NCBI GenBank assembly: GCA_049860595.1
Contig: CP187551.1
From: Methanocaldococcus sp. 16A
GTDB lineage: Archaea > AGJL01 > Methanococci > Methanococcales > Methanocaldococcaceae
Reading direction: 5' to 3' (one strand)
Length of the DNA stretch: 64,000 nt
This document shows, piece after piece, positions 42,777 to 52,359 of the stretch; positions within the stretch are counted from its first letter, which is position 1; every line of letters starts with the position of its first letter. The notes beneath the pieces are model-generated. The model searched no databases. It was not told the origin of the DNA and saw only the letters and a program-made list of their open reading frames with translations. The position numbers and the translations under genes were made by a program.

Positions 42777-42997
42777 GTTTATAGCTCTCTGTATTATTAG
42801 GATAATTTATAGTGATTTTCAAAATTATTCACAATTTCTAAGGTATAGATATAAAAGCCTTTGGCTTTTATTAATTGTCTTTTTCTACAGAACCTTTTGA
42901 AAAAGACTATATTCTTTAGCTTTATATATTATTTTTACTAATAATATTATAAAGAAAATTAAAGGTAATCTTTAGTATTTACTAAATTGGTGGCACA

Positions 42998-43498
42998 ATG
43001 GTTACTAATGTTCCAGTAGTAGTTGCTATGACAGAACCTCTATTTATTAGACGCTCTATATCTGCTTATGAAGCTATGAAGATGATGATGAATAAAGGAA
43101 AAAGATACTGTATTCTCCTTGATGAAAATAACACTCCTGTGGGGATACTAACAATAACTGATATTATAAAGCATATACTCTTAGAAAGAGCAAATCCAGA
43201 AAATGTTAAAGTTTATGAAATAGCTACAAAAAAAATTATAACTATTTCTCCAGATACCTCAATAGAGGAAGCGTTAGAAATTATGAAAAAATATGGAGTG
43301 TCAAAATTACCAATAGTAGATAAAGGAAAAATCGTTGGAATTGTAACCGAAAATGAATTAATAGAACTTCTACCATATATAATTGACCCTTTAAAAGAAC
43401 TTGTAGATTATTTAATAGGAATAATTAATAGTGAATTGCAAGAATCAAACAAGAAAAAAGATGTTAAAAAAATGTTATTAAAAGTTTGTAATAAATGA
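42998..43498 (+). CDS. CBS domain pair protein
   Basis: PVGILTITDI and LPIVDKGKIVGIVTE motifs. Confidence 0.85.
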   Translation: MVTNVPVVVAMTEPLFIRRSISAYEAMKMMMNKGKRYCILLDENNTPVGILTITDIIKHILLERANPENVKVYEIATKKIITISPDTSIEEALEIMKKYGVSKLPIVDKGKIVGIVTENELIELLPYIIDPLKELVDYLIGIINSELQESNKKKDVKKMLLKVCNK

Positions 43499-43622
43499 AT
43501 AATAGCATAAAAATAAAAAAATAAAATTTTAAATACTTTCATCTAAATTTATAATTCCTTAAAGGAGAGCTTCTTAGCGACACTAATGGAAAAAATTATA
43601 ATTCATTACTTACTGTGAGATT

Positions 43623-43970
43623 ATGAAGATGGTTGTAGTTATAAGAAATGATTTAGGTATGGGAAAAGGAAAAATGGTAGCCCAAGGAGGGCATGCGATA
43701 ATAGAAGCTTTCTTAAATGCTAAGAAGATGAATCCAAAAGCTGTTGAGGAATGGCTAAGAGAGGGACAGAAAAAAGTAGTAGTTAAAGTAAATTCTGAAA
43801 AGGAGTTAATAGATATTTATAACAAAGCAAAAAGTGAAGGTTTACCTTGTTCAATAATTAGAGATGCTGGGCATACACAATTAGAGCCAGGAACTTTAAC
43901 TGCTGTTGCTATAGGTCCAGAAAAGGATGAAGAGATAGATAAAATTACAGGACATTTAAAACTTTTATAA
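43623..43970 (+). CDS. pth: Peptidyl-tRNA hydrolase Pth2
   Basis: [31 protein letters not shown]. Confidence 0.95.
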   Translation: MKMVVVIRNDLGMGKGKMVAQGGHAIIEAFLNAKKMNPKAVEEWLREGQKKVVVKVNSEKELIDIYNKAKSEGLPCSIIRDAGHTQLEPGTLTAVAIGPEKDEEIDKITGHLKLL

Positions 43971-43999
43971 AAATAGATTTATTCTTTATTTTGCTTATT

Positions 44000-44668
44000 T
44001 TATTTATTTATTGCGTGTTTAAATGCTTTAAATCCACCTATTAATCTTTTAACATTAAAACCTAATAGTTGTAAAATTAAAGCCATTGTTTGACTTCTCA
44101 TTCCTCCTCTTGCACAGAAAACAACAATTAATTTATCTCTATCAAGTTTTTTTGCTTTATTTAAAATCCTTTTTAATCCTTTCTCAATAATATCTGTAGC
44201 TACATCCATAGCTTTTTCTCTACCTTCCTGTTTATACACTCTTCCAATTAACGCATGCTCTTCATCTAAAAATAAAGGAATATTTATGGCTCCTGGGATT
44301 GTATCTTCCTTATATTCTCTTGGACTTCTTGTATCTACTATAATAACATCTTCATTATCCATTAATTTCAAAAGGTCATTAACGGTTATAGTATTTTTAA
44401 CAAACTCTCCACCAATTGACTTTAAAAACTTATTTATATTAATTCTTTCAAAGTATATATCATAGTTTTTAAATTTTTTTACACCAACCTTTTTATCATT
44501 TAAAAATTCTTTAGAAGCGTTTAATATAAAAGAAGCTAGCTCTCCCTCAATTTTTCCAGCTAATATTTTTTTACCATTTGTTATCATCTTCCTCCCATCA
44601 TTTAAAACAATGCATAAAACTACATCTTCTGTAAATGTTATTAGCCGAGCTAAAATTTCCTCGTCCAT
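44000..44668 (-). CDS. selU: tRNA 2-selenouridine synthase, rhodanese subunit
   Basis: [32 protein letters not shown]. Confidence 0.85.
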   Translation of the reverse strand: MDEEILARLITFTEDVVLCIVLNDGRKMITNGKKILAGKIEGELASFILNASKEFLNDKKVGVKKFKNYDIYFERININKFLKSIGGEFVKNTITVNDLLKLMDNEDVIIVDTRSPREYKEDTIPGAINIPLFLDEEHALIGRVYKQEGREKAMDVATDIIEKGLKRILNKAKKLDRDKLIVVFCARGGMRSQTMALILQLLGFNVKRLIGGFKAFKHAINK

Positions 44669-44678
44669 GTTTTCTCCC

Positions 44679-45335
44679 TCAAATTAAACCATGTTCTTTT
44701 AATTTTTCTTTGATGAATTTATCAATTATTTTAGCTGATTTCTTAACATCTTCATTATAAATTACTAAATCAGGTTTTATTTTCTTCACATTTCTCATAT
44801 AATGCTCTCTATATAGTTTTTCTTCAATTAATTTTGCTGCTTCGTAGTATTTATCTTGTTTTATAAGTTCAATGATTTTTTCAACTGCCTCAACGATTTC
44901 TGGCTTTTTAAAACTTCCCCTCAATATCAAAAATTTGTTTATCAAAATTTCTTTCTCTTTTTCATTTTTTGGCTTATAAATAGAGACTAATCTGCTTATT
45001 TGACACTCATAAGGACAGTCTATTAAGATTTTGTAGGTATAGTTTTTAATATCTGCCAACAATTCAGGAATTTTTAATTTTTTCTCTCCACCAATCTTTC
45101 TTCCTTCATATTCAACCACTGCATAGCCAAATTTTTTAGCTTTTTCAATCTCTTTATTTATGAGCTCATCAAACTCTTCTTGGCTTCTCATACTTAAGTG
45201 ATATAAATCTCCCAAAATACTACCTCTTGTTCTTGCAATTTCTTCAATATCAATAACAGGATGGTGTTTTTTTAATTCTTGTAATATTTCTGTCTTTCCA
45301 CAACCTGTTTTTCCAAATAATCCAAAGATAATCAT
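44679..45335 (-). CDS. tRNA 2-selenouridine synthase, P-loop subunit
   Basis: [28 protein letters not shown]; matches the C-terminal half of YbbB/SelU. Confidence 0.85.
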   Translation of the reverse strand: MIIFGLFGKTGCGKTEILQELKKHHPVIDIEEIARTRGSILGDLYHLSMRSQEEFDELINKEIEKAKKFGYAVVEYEGRKIGGEKKLKIPELLADIKNYTYKILIDCPYECQISRLVSIYKPKNEKEKEILINKFLILRGSFKKPEIVEAVEKIIELIKQDKYYEAAKLIEEKLYREHYMRNVKKIKPDLVIYNEDVKKSAKIIDKFIKEKLKEHGLI

Positions 45336-45469
45336 AGTTTCACCGCTATATCTATCACACATTTTGGTATAAATATGTTATTAAAAATATTGATAAATAC
45401 AAACTCTTTGTTTTGATGTAAATAACAATAATAGAAATAAAAATAAAAGAAATAAAGTAAAAACAAAAA

Positions 45470-47485
45470 TCATTTTTTAACTATCTCACAACCTCCAGGA
45501 GGAAGTACTCTTAAAATGTCTTCATCATCAACATCATAATCTTTAAATATCTCTTTAAGCTCTTTAACAACCTTTCCTTTCTCTTTATTACCAGGTTTTA
45601 ATAGAACCCACTTAATAAAGCTCTTTTGTAAAGTTTTTGGTGGAGCTGTTGTAATTTTTAAAGAGCCATCATATTCAATAATTCCAATACCCAACTCTAA
45701 TGGTGTGTTCCTATAATAATGTCTCTCTCCTCTAATTACAAACGCCCCTCTTTTTAAATACTCCCCACTTTCAGCTGTTTTTGATATCTGTTCAGGTTTA
45801 ACCCAGTAAGTGTCTATAGCCCCATATCCAAGCTTCCAAGCCCTTGAATGGGAGACAGAAAATTTAGCAACCTCTTCTAATGTTTCTTCATCAACCTCTC
45901 TACCATTTGTTTTTATGACTGTGAATGGAGCTCCTTGAATATCTGCGTGGAATACAATATCATCTTTATCAGTGTATTTTTTAATAATAATCTCGTTTGT
46001 TATTGCATCCTTTCCAGCAATTACTAAAAATCCATTGATAACAGTCCATTTAAACTTCTCATACCATTTTCTCTCTTTTCTAACTTTTTTCTTCATCTGC
46101 ATTTCTTCTTTTTCTTTTAACTCTTCTTCACCTTTCTTTTTAAGCTCTTCTATTTTCTTCTTGGTTAATTCGATGGCCTTTTCTATTCCTTCAATTTTAC
46201 CTCTAAGCTTCTTAGCTTTTTCATAATAGCTTTCAGCATTTTCAAAGGCATTTTTCCTTATATCTAAAGAAACTCTCTCCTCTATAACCTTATCATCAAC
46301 TTCTGCCTTTAGTCTAATAACTATTTCCCCAACATTCTCATTTATATTCTCAATCAATCCTAAGATTGGATGCTCTTTATTTTCTCTAATTATTTTTTTA
46401 ATTTTTGCCCATTCCATTTTTTCTCTTGCCTGCCTTATAGCATTTAATAGCTCTTCAACAATTTGATAGTTGGCATAAATTAAATCCCCTTTAATTTGGT
46501 TTTTCTCTGCATCTTCTTTATACTTCCTCAAAGTTTCTAACTGCCTTTTTAATATATTTTCTTGTTTTTCAATTTCTCTCTCTAATTTTGATTTTTCTTT
46601 TTTAACTACAACGTTTGTTAAAAATTTGGCAAAGTAGTCATCAACCGCCTCTAAAAAACTATTATAATACTTTTTCTCCAAATCTTGATATTTTTTTAAA
46701 TCAATAGGCACAACATCAAAGTATTCGTTATCTTTTAAAACAATTTGTGGCTTTCTATTGTTAAATATTTCATTAAATAGATTTTTAGAAGCTTCAAACA
46801 ACTTTTTAATCTCCTCTTCATTTAAATCTTTCTTTTTCTTATCTATTCCTGCCCTTTCACAAATCTCTTCAGCATAAAGCCCTCCAATACCAAAAACTCT
46901 TGATATTAATCTAACACATTCTACACCTTTATTATTTAAGAAGTAGTCTCTAAATACCTCATAAGCTATAGAAAAATCTAAATTATATGGATTTAATGGC
47001 TTTTGTGGAGGGAACTTATACTTTTCCTTAGGAACTATATTTCTTGTGCTCCATCTCTCCACTCTAAGCGGAGCTATAATTGTATCTTCACTATTCAAAA
47101 ATATAACATTCCCTTCACCAAATAGCTCAGCAACTAATTTATAAATTCCCTCTTTTGTTTCAAAATACATTATAATTATTCTATCAAAATTTACTTGCTC
47201 AATTTTGATTAATTTGGCATTCTTTAAATATTTTCTTAATAGCATGGCAAAAGATGGTGGAAGTTTTGGCTTTTCCCTTTCATAATTTGTTAAAGTTATA
47301 TATTTGTATTTACCAATACTTATAACAAGCTCTCTACTCCCACCTTCAGGAACATGGATTTTTAATATCAATTCTTTATTCTGCTCATTATCAATTAAAA
47401 ATGCCTTATCCAACCTACCATTAACCAAGTTCTGTAATTCATTTACAACACAACATACATCAACATTAGTCATCTCGCTTTTCAT
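45470..47485 (-). CDS. rqcH: Ribosome quality control factor RqcH/NEMF (NFACT)
   Basis: PPSFAMLLRKYL, FDRI, ELFGEGN, WYEKFKW, GKDAITNE, FHADIQGAP, SGEYLKRGAFVIRG. Confidence 0.92.
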   Translation of the reverse strand: MKSEMTNVDVCCVVNELQNLVNGRLDKAFLIDNEQNKELILKIHVPEGGSRELVISIGKYKYITLTNYEREKPKLPPSFAMLLRKYLKNAKLIKIEQVNFDRIIIMYFETKEGIYKLVAELFGEGNVIFLNSEDTIIAPLRVERWSTRNIVPKEKYKFPPQKPLNPYNLDFSIAYEVFRDYFLNNKGVECVRLISRVFGIGGLYAEEICERAGIDKKKKDLNEEEIKKLFEASKNLFNEIFNNRKPQIVLKDNEYFDVVPIDLKKYQDLEKKYYNSFLEAVDDYFAKFLTNVVVKKEKSKLEREIEKQENILKRQLETLRKYKEDAEKNQIKGDLIYANYQIVEELLNAIRQAREKMEWAKIKKIIRENKEHPILGLIENINENVGEIVIRLKAEVDDKVIEERVSLDIRKNAFENAESYYEKAKKLRGKIEGIEKAIELTKKKIEELKKKGEEELKEKEEMQMKKKVRKERKWYEKFKWTVINGFLVIAGKDAITNEIIIKKYTDKDDIVFHADIQGAPFTVIKTNGREVDEETLEEVAKFSVSHSRAWKLGYGAIDTYWVKPEQISKTAESGEYLKRGAFVIRGERHYYRNTPLELGIGIIEYDGSLKITTAPPKTLQKSFIKWVLLKPGNKEKGKVVKELKEIFKDYDVDDEDILRVLPPGGCEIVKK

Positions 47486-47507
47486 AATTTCACCAGAAAA
47501 GTTTATT

Positions 47508-47621
47508 TATAGTTGTGTGCAAAAGTGTTTATAATGAATAAGGTATTAGTGAATGTCTTCCTTTTGAAAGATATTCAAATTTTCCTTCTATAAAGTTTAG
47601 TTTATTTTGCACACAACTATA
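47508..47621. repeat. Palindromic repeat family B
   Basis: TATAGTTGTGTGCAAAA/TTTTGCACACAACTATA; hairpin GAATGTCTTCC-TTTT-GAAAGATATTC. Confidence 0.9.
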
Positions 47622-47678
47622 TTTTTCCTGTGATAATAATATCAATAAATATTAATCATACATAATATTTGTGATAAC

Positions 47679-49748
47679 ATGAAAAAGGAAGAGTTTTTAA
47701 AATATTTAAGGCAAGGTAAATATGACAAATTATCTAAGTTAATTAATAATAATCCTGATATTTTAAGTTTTTTAGATGAATTATTTATTAGCAACGAAAA
47801 AGATGATATTAGGAGGGCTTTATTAGTTTTAAAAAGGTTAAATAATAAACTAATTGAAAGATATTTATTTTATATAATCTCAGCTCTAAATGAAAAAAAA
47901 TCTATATCTAAAGAAGCGGAAGAGATATTAAAAAAGATAAGTAATAAAGAGAATGTTGAAGAAGCAATAATTGAAATTACAAAAAAACATTTGGATGAAA
48001 AGATTATTTACCTATTTATAAAAAATATGGAATATGATAATGTATTTTTTAGAGCCATTCTTGAATATACAAAAACTAAAAATATAAATGAAGGAATAAA
48101 AGTTTTATTAAAAAATTATAATTCAGATGAGATATTAAAAATCTTGGCTAATAAGCTATATTCTCAAAAAAAGGATGAGAAAGAGTTTGTATTAGATATA
48201 TTGTTAAATATAGTTGATTCCTTAGATGATAAACAAAAAGATATCTTGAAGCGTTGTTTAAATCTAACCTTGTTAGGAGATGAAAGCAAAAGACTATACA
48301 AAAAATTTAAACAATTATTTGGGAAATTAAATATTCAAGTGAAATTTTCAAATGAACAAATAAAATCACTATTAAAATCACATGGAAAAACTGCTTTGAA
48401 TATAATTTTAAGAGAGAATATTGAAATTCCATCTAATTTTTATGATAGAGAGTTTTTAAGAGAGTTTTTATATACTGGAAATGAAGAACATCAGTTTGTT
48501 GGGGTTAAATTAATATCTTTAAAGAAAGATTCAAAAAATAAGGTTGATTTATTATTTAAATTTTTAAATTATGGGTATGGAAAAGCAAAGACCTCTGCCA
48601 TAAGAGAACTTAAAAAAATAGCTCAAAATAATGATGATTTAAGAGATTATATTGAAAATAAAGCGTTGATGTATGCAAAAAAAATGAATTTGAGTTTAAA
48701 AATTTCATCTCTAAGAATATTAAAGGAGTTTGCTAAGAGAGAACATTTAATGTTTTTAATTAATGAGCATAAAAGATTGAAAGAGCTAATTTATAAATTA
48801 GATGAAGAGAAGTTTATGGGCGGATTTAGACATATGTTAATGATGGAAGAGGAAATAAGGAAGTGTAGAGTAGCTATGGGATTGATAGAAGAGATTGTGG
48901 CTGAGATTTGTGTAAAATATGATATTCACTATAGTAGTTTAAGAATTTCTGAAAAACTTGGCTATGAGTTTTATAAAACGATAGAGTTAATAGGAGCTAA
49001 AAATTTAGATTTAATAAATATACATGAGTTTTTAGAGGATGTTAGAAGACATGGGGAACTTATAGTTCATTTAGCGGGGATTGTAAGTAATAATAAAATA
49101 AACGATGATTTAGCTAAAGAAATTTTAGAAGTAATTGAAAAAGTAGATATGGAAGATAAAGATTTATTAAATGCAAATAAAATCATGATTTATGCCTCTT
49201 TAAATAGAGTGGATAAAATTGGAGAAATTATGAATATGGCTGTTGGCTATTATTCAAAATTAGCTTTTATCAATGCAGTTAAAAAGTTTATTAGTGAAAA
49301 TCTTTTAGATGTTGAGATGATAAATCTACTAATCCCAAAAATTGCTGAGATGATATATGCAACAAAAAAATTAAGGTTAATGGCTTTAGAATTTTTTAAA
49401 GACTATCCTAATGAGCTTGTTATTCCAATACTAATTAATGAAATTGGAAATTATAGGGGAGAAGAAAAGATAATGATAGAAGTTATTTCAAACGCTATAT
49501 TTAAATATCCGAATAGCATACATAATATTAGGGATTTATTAAATACTGATAAAAGGAGAACTTGCTTAAAGATAATGCTCAAAGTTAGTGAAGGAAAGCC
49601 TGAGCTTTTAGAGGATTATATATATTTACTTGCATCAATGTATAGTTCTGCAGAGGTAGAGGATAAAAAATTAATAAAGAAGATTTTGAAAAATATTTGT
49701 AAAGAAGAGCAAAAATCTATTTTAGAGCCTATTGTTGGTAAGCTATAA
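47679..49748 (+). CDS. Alpha-helical (HEAT/ARM-like) hypothetical protein
   Basis: 689-aa Leu/Ile/Lys/Glu-rich helical-repeat character. Confidence 0.55.
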   Translation: MKKEEFLKYLRQGKYDKLSKLINNNPDILSFLDELFISNEKDDIRRALLVLKRLNNKLIERYLFYIISALNEKKSISKEAEEILKKISNKENVEEAIIEITKKHLDEKIIYLFIKNMEYDNVFFRAILEYTKTKNINEGIKVLLKNYNSDEILKILANKLYSQKKDEKEFVLDILLNIVDSLDDKQKDILKRCLNLTLLGDESKRLYKKFKQLFGKLNIQVKFSNEQIKSLLKSHGKTALNIILRENIEIPSNFYDREFLREFLYTGNEEHQFVGVKLISLKKDSKNKVDLLFKFLNYGYGKAKTSAIRELKKIAQNNDDLRDYIENKALMYAKKMNLSLKISSLRILKEFAKREHLMFLINEHKRLKELIYKLDEEKFMGGFRHMLMMEEEIRKCRVAMGLIEEIVAEICVKYDIHYSSLRISEKLGYEFYKTIELIGAKNLDLINIHEFLEDVRRHGELIVHLAGIVSNNKINDDLAKEILEVIEKVDMEDKDLLNANKIMIYASLNRVDKIGEIMNMAVGYYSKLAFINAVKKFISENLLDVEMINLLIPKIAEMIYATKKLRLMALEFFKDYPNELVIPILINEIGNYRGEEKIMIEVISNAIFKYPNSIHNIRDLLNTDKRRTCLKIMLKVSEGKPELLEDYIYLLASMYSSAEVEDKKLIKKILKNICKEEQKSILEPIVGKL

Positions 49749-49768
49749 ACAATAAAAATTTTTGGAAG

Positions 49769-50164
49769 ATGGATATGAGAAGGGATGAATACTTCGAAAA
49801 ATTGTTGGAAGTTATTGAAGAATTAAAAATTGAAGCAGAAGAGAAACCAATTATTGTTGAAGGTAAAAGAGATGTTGAAAGCTTAGAAAAATTAGGTGTT
49901 GAAGGAACTTTTATTATAATAGCTAAGACACCAGTTTATTTAATAGCTGATGAACTTGTAAGAAGAGGAGTTAAAGAGGTTATTCTATTAACTGACTTTG
50001 ATAGAAGAGGTAGAATGTTAGCTAAGGCAATAGTAGAGGAGTTTAGACATAGAGGAATTAAGGTAAATACAAAAATCAGGCAGGAGATATTTATTTACAC
50101 AAATAGTGGAATTAGAGATATAGAGAGTTTATTTTCCTATGTGAATAAAAGAAGTTTATTTTAA
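49769..50164 (+). CDS. Small TOPRIM domain protein
   Basis: IIVEGKRD and LLTDFDRRG motifs. Confidence 0.88.
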   Translation: MDMRRDEYFEKLLEVIEELKIEAEEKPIIVEGKRDVESLEKLGVEGTFIIIAKTPVYLIADELVRRGVKEVILLTDFDRRGRMLAKAIVEEFRHRGIKVNTKIRQEIFIYTNSGIRDIESLFSYVNKRSLF

Positions 50165-50165
50165 A

Positions 50166-51551
50166 TTATAAATCAGCTTCTTTTATAGCATCATATAAAG
50201 AATCGCATAGATAAATAATCTCTTCTTCTGTTATTGACAATGGTGGAACTAAGATAACCACATTACCTATAGGTCTCATATAGATACCTTTTTCAAGCAA
50301 TTTTTCAGCAACTCTATAGCCAGCTTTATAACCATAAGGATATGGCTCTTTTGTCTTTTTATCTTTTACAAGCTCTATTCCAACCATAAAACCCCTTCCT
50401 CTAATATCTCCAACATGTTCAAGTTCTTTTAATTTTTTAAGCTCTTTGTGGAAAAGCTTTATTTTTGGCTGGATATTTTCTATCACATTATCTTTTTCAA
50501 AAATTTCCAATGTTGCTAAAGCAGCAGAGCATAAAAGTTGATTTCCAGTGTATGTATGCCCATGATAAAACTGCTTACTCTCTCCAAATTCTCCTAAGAA
50601 TTGATTATAGATTTCATCAGTTGTTAGTGTTGCAGCTAAAGGTAAATAACCTCCAGTTATTCCTTTACCAAGACAAAGGATATCTGGCTTTTCTAATTTT
50701 TTTAGCTCTTCATTATCACAAAAGAACATCTTTCCAGTTCTTCCAAATCCAGTGGCAACTTCATCAAGAATAAAGATTATATCATTCTCCTTACACGCCT
50801 TTGCTACTCCCTCAATATATCCATCTGGAAATGGTATCATTCCAGCAGAGCCCATAACTCCTCCTTCAAGGATAACACAAAATACTTCATCAGCATGCTT
50901 TTCAATTAGATTAATCATCTCATTTAAACATTCCATATTACAGCCTTTTTCGTTTCTCTCATCAGTATCTTTAAAGTTATAGTATTTGCATCTATAACAG
51001 TATGGAGGATTTGCATGATAGCCTTTAAACAAAAGAGGTTTAAATACTCCATGGAATAATTCGCTTCCTCCAACACTCATTGCTCCAAAAGTATCTCCAT
51101 GATAACCCTCTTTAACTGAAATGAATTTAGTTCTTCCTTTATCTCCTCTCAAAACATAATATTGATATGCCATTTTAACTGCAATCTCAACAGCCTCTGC
51201 CCCATCCTCAGAATAAAACACCTTTGTTAAATGCTTTGGAGTAATGTCTATTAATTTTTTTGCTAATAAAATAGAAGGGACGTTTCCACAACCTAAGAGT
51301 GTTGAGTGACAAATCTTTTCAGCCTGATTTTTTATTGCTTCAATAATTTCCCTCCTATTGTGTCCAAATAGATTACACCATATAGATGAAACAGCATCTA
51401 AGTATTTATTTCCATAAATATCAATTAAATAATTTCCTTCCCCTCTCTCTATAATTAAGTTTTTTGATTCCTTATATTCTTTCATTTGTGTATATGGATG
51501 CCAAACATATTCTTTATCCCATTTTTCAAGTAAATTTTTATCAATATTCAT
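50166..51551 (-). CDS. bioA: Adenosylmethionine-8-amino-7-oxononanoate aminotransferase
   Basis: WHPYTQM, DAVSSIWCN, YHGDT, DEVATGFGRTG, GKGITGG, HGHTYTGN. Confidence 0.95.
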   Translation of the reverse strand: MNIDKNLLEKWDKEYVWHPYTQMKEYKESKNLIIERGEGNYLIDIYGNKYLDAVSSIWCNLFGHNRREIIEAIKNQAEKICHSTLLGCGNVPSILLAKKLIDITPKHLTKVFYSEDGAEAVEIAVKMAYQYYVLRGDKGRTKFISVKEGYHGDTFGAMSVGGSELFHGVFKPLLFKGYHANPPYCYRCKYYNFKDTDERNEKGCNMECLNEMINLIEKHADEVFCVILEGGVMGSAGMIPFPDGYIEGVAKACKENDIIFILDEVATGFGRTGKMFFCDNEELKKLEKPDILCLGKGITGGYLPLAATLTTDEIYNQFLGEFGESKQFYHGHTYTGNQLLCSAALATLEIFEKDNVIENIQPKIKLFHKELKKLKELEHVGDIRGRGFMVGIELVKDKKTKEPYPYGYKAGYRVAEKLLEKGIYMRPIGNVVILVPPLSITEEEIIYLCDSLYDAIKEADL

Positions 51552-51552
51552 T

Positions 51553-52203
51553 TTATTCACCTGATAATATTTTTTTAAAGTCAATCACAAAATCTTCTTT
51601 ATTTTTGACGATACCAATTATCTCAATATCCCCAACTTTTTCAATAGTTTCAAAAGTTTTTTCATAATATAAAACTTCACTCAAATCAGTTATGCAGTTA
51701 ATAATAACTCCTCTAACATTGATATTTTTATTCCTCAAATGCTCAATAGTTAGTAAAGTGTGATTTATAGTCCCTAAATTAGGTCTTGAAACTACAACTG
51801 CATCCAAATCCAAAAACTTAATCAAATCACTCATTAAAAAGTTTTCTTTGATAGGGACGCAAACCCCTCCTGCTCCTTCAACAATTAAAAAATCGTATTT
51901 GTTTTTTAAAGTTTTATAGGCATTCATTATTTTCTCTTTTATCTCATCTAAAGTTAAATGAACATTTTCAACTTCAAACGCAATATTTGGAGACAAAGGA
52001 AGTTTTAAATTTATTGGATTCATCAAATCCAAATCATCATCATTCTTTAAGACATTTTTTAAAGTTAAAGTATCTTCCCTCCCTCCAGTCTCAACTGGCT
52101 TTAAATATCCAACATTAACTCCCATTTTTTTCAAATTCTCTGCCAAAATTGATGAAACGTAAGTTTTTCCTACACCTGTATCTGTTCCTGTTACAAATAT
52201 CAT
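51553..52203 (-). CDS. bioD: Dethiobiotin synthase
   Basis: TGTDTGVGKT, KPVETG, VEGAGG, LGTINHTLL. Confidence 0.95.
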   Translation of the reverse strand: MIFVTGTDTGVGKTYVSSILAENLKKMGVNVGYLKPVETGGREDTLTLKNVLKNDDDLDLMNPINLKLPLSPNIAFEVENVHLTLDEIKEKIMNAYKTLKNKYDFLIVEGAGGVCVPIKENFLMSDLIKFLDLDAVVVSRPNLGTINHTLLTIEHLRNKNINVRGVIINCITDLSEVLYYEKTFETIEKVGDIEIIGIVKNKEDFVIDFKKILSGE

Positions 52204-52359
52204 GGTATCACTTTTAGATTTTTAAATAGTTGGAGAGCTCTGAAAGTTTCCAATAATTTAAATAATTCTTTTTCGATTTTTGAAAATCTTTTTACATATT
52301 GGTGAGCTCATACTATCGCTAAACACTTATATCCTCATTATGATAATTTTTTGTAAAGG

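Noticed and set aside
16745-47621. Repeats as a CRISPR array or integron attC array
   Set aside because: Dispersed rather than regularly spaced, mixed orientation, mostly next to core genes; no cas or integrase gene in the window
52230-52253. Imperfect hairpin TTGGAGAGCT...AGTTTCCAA between the KAP gene and bioD
   Set aside because: Weak, single copy, not assignable
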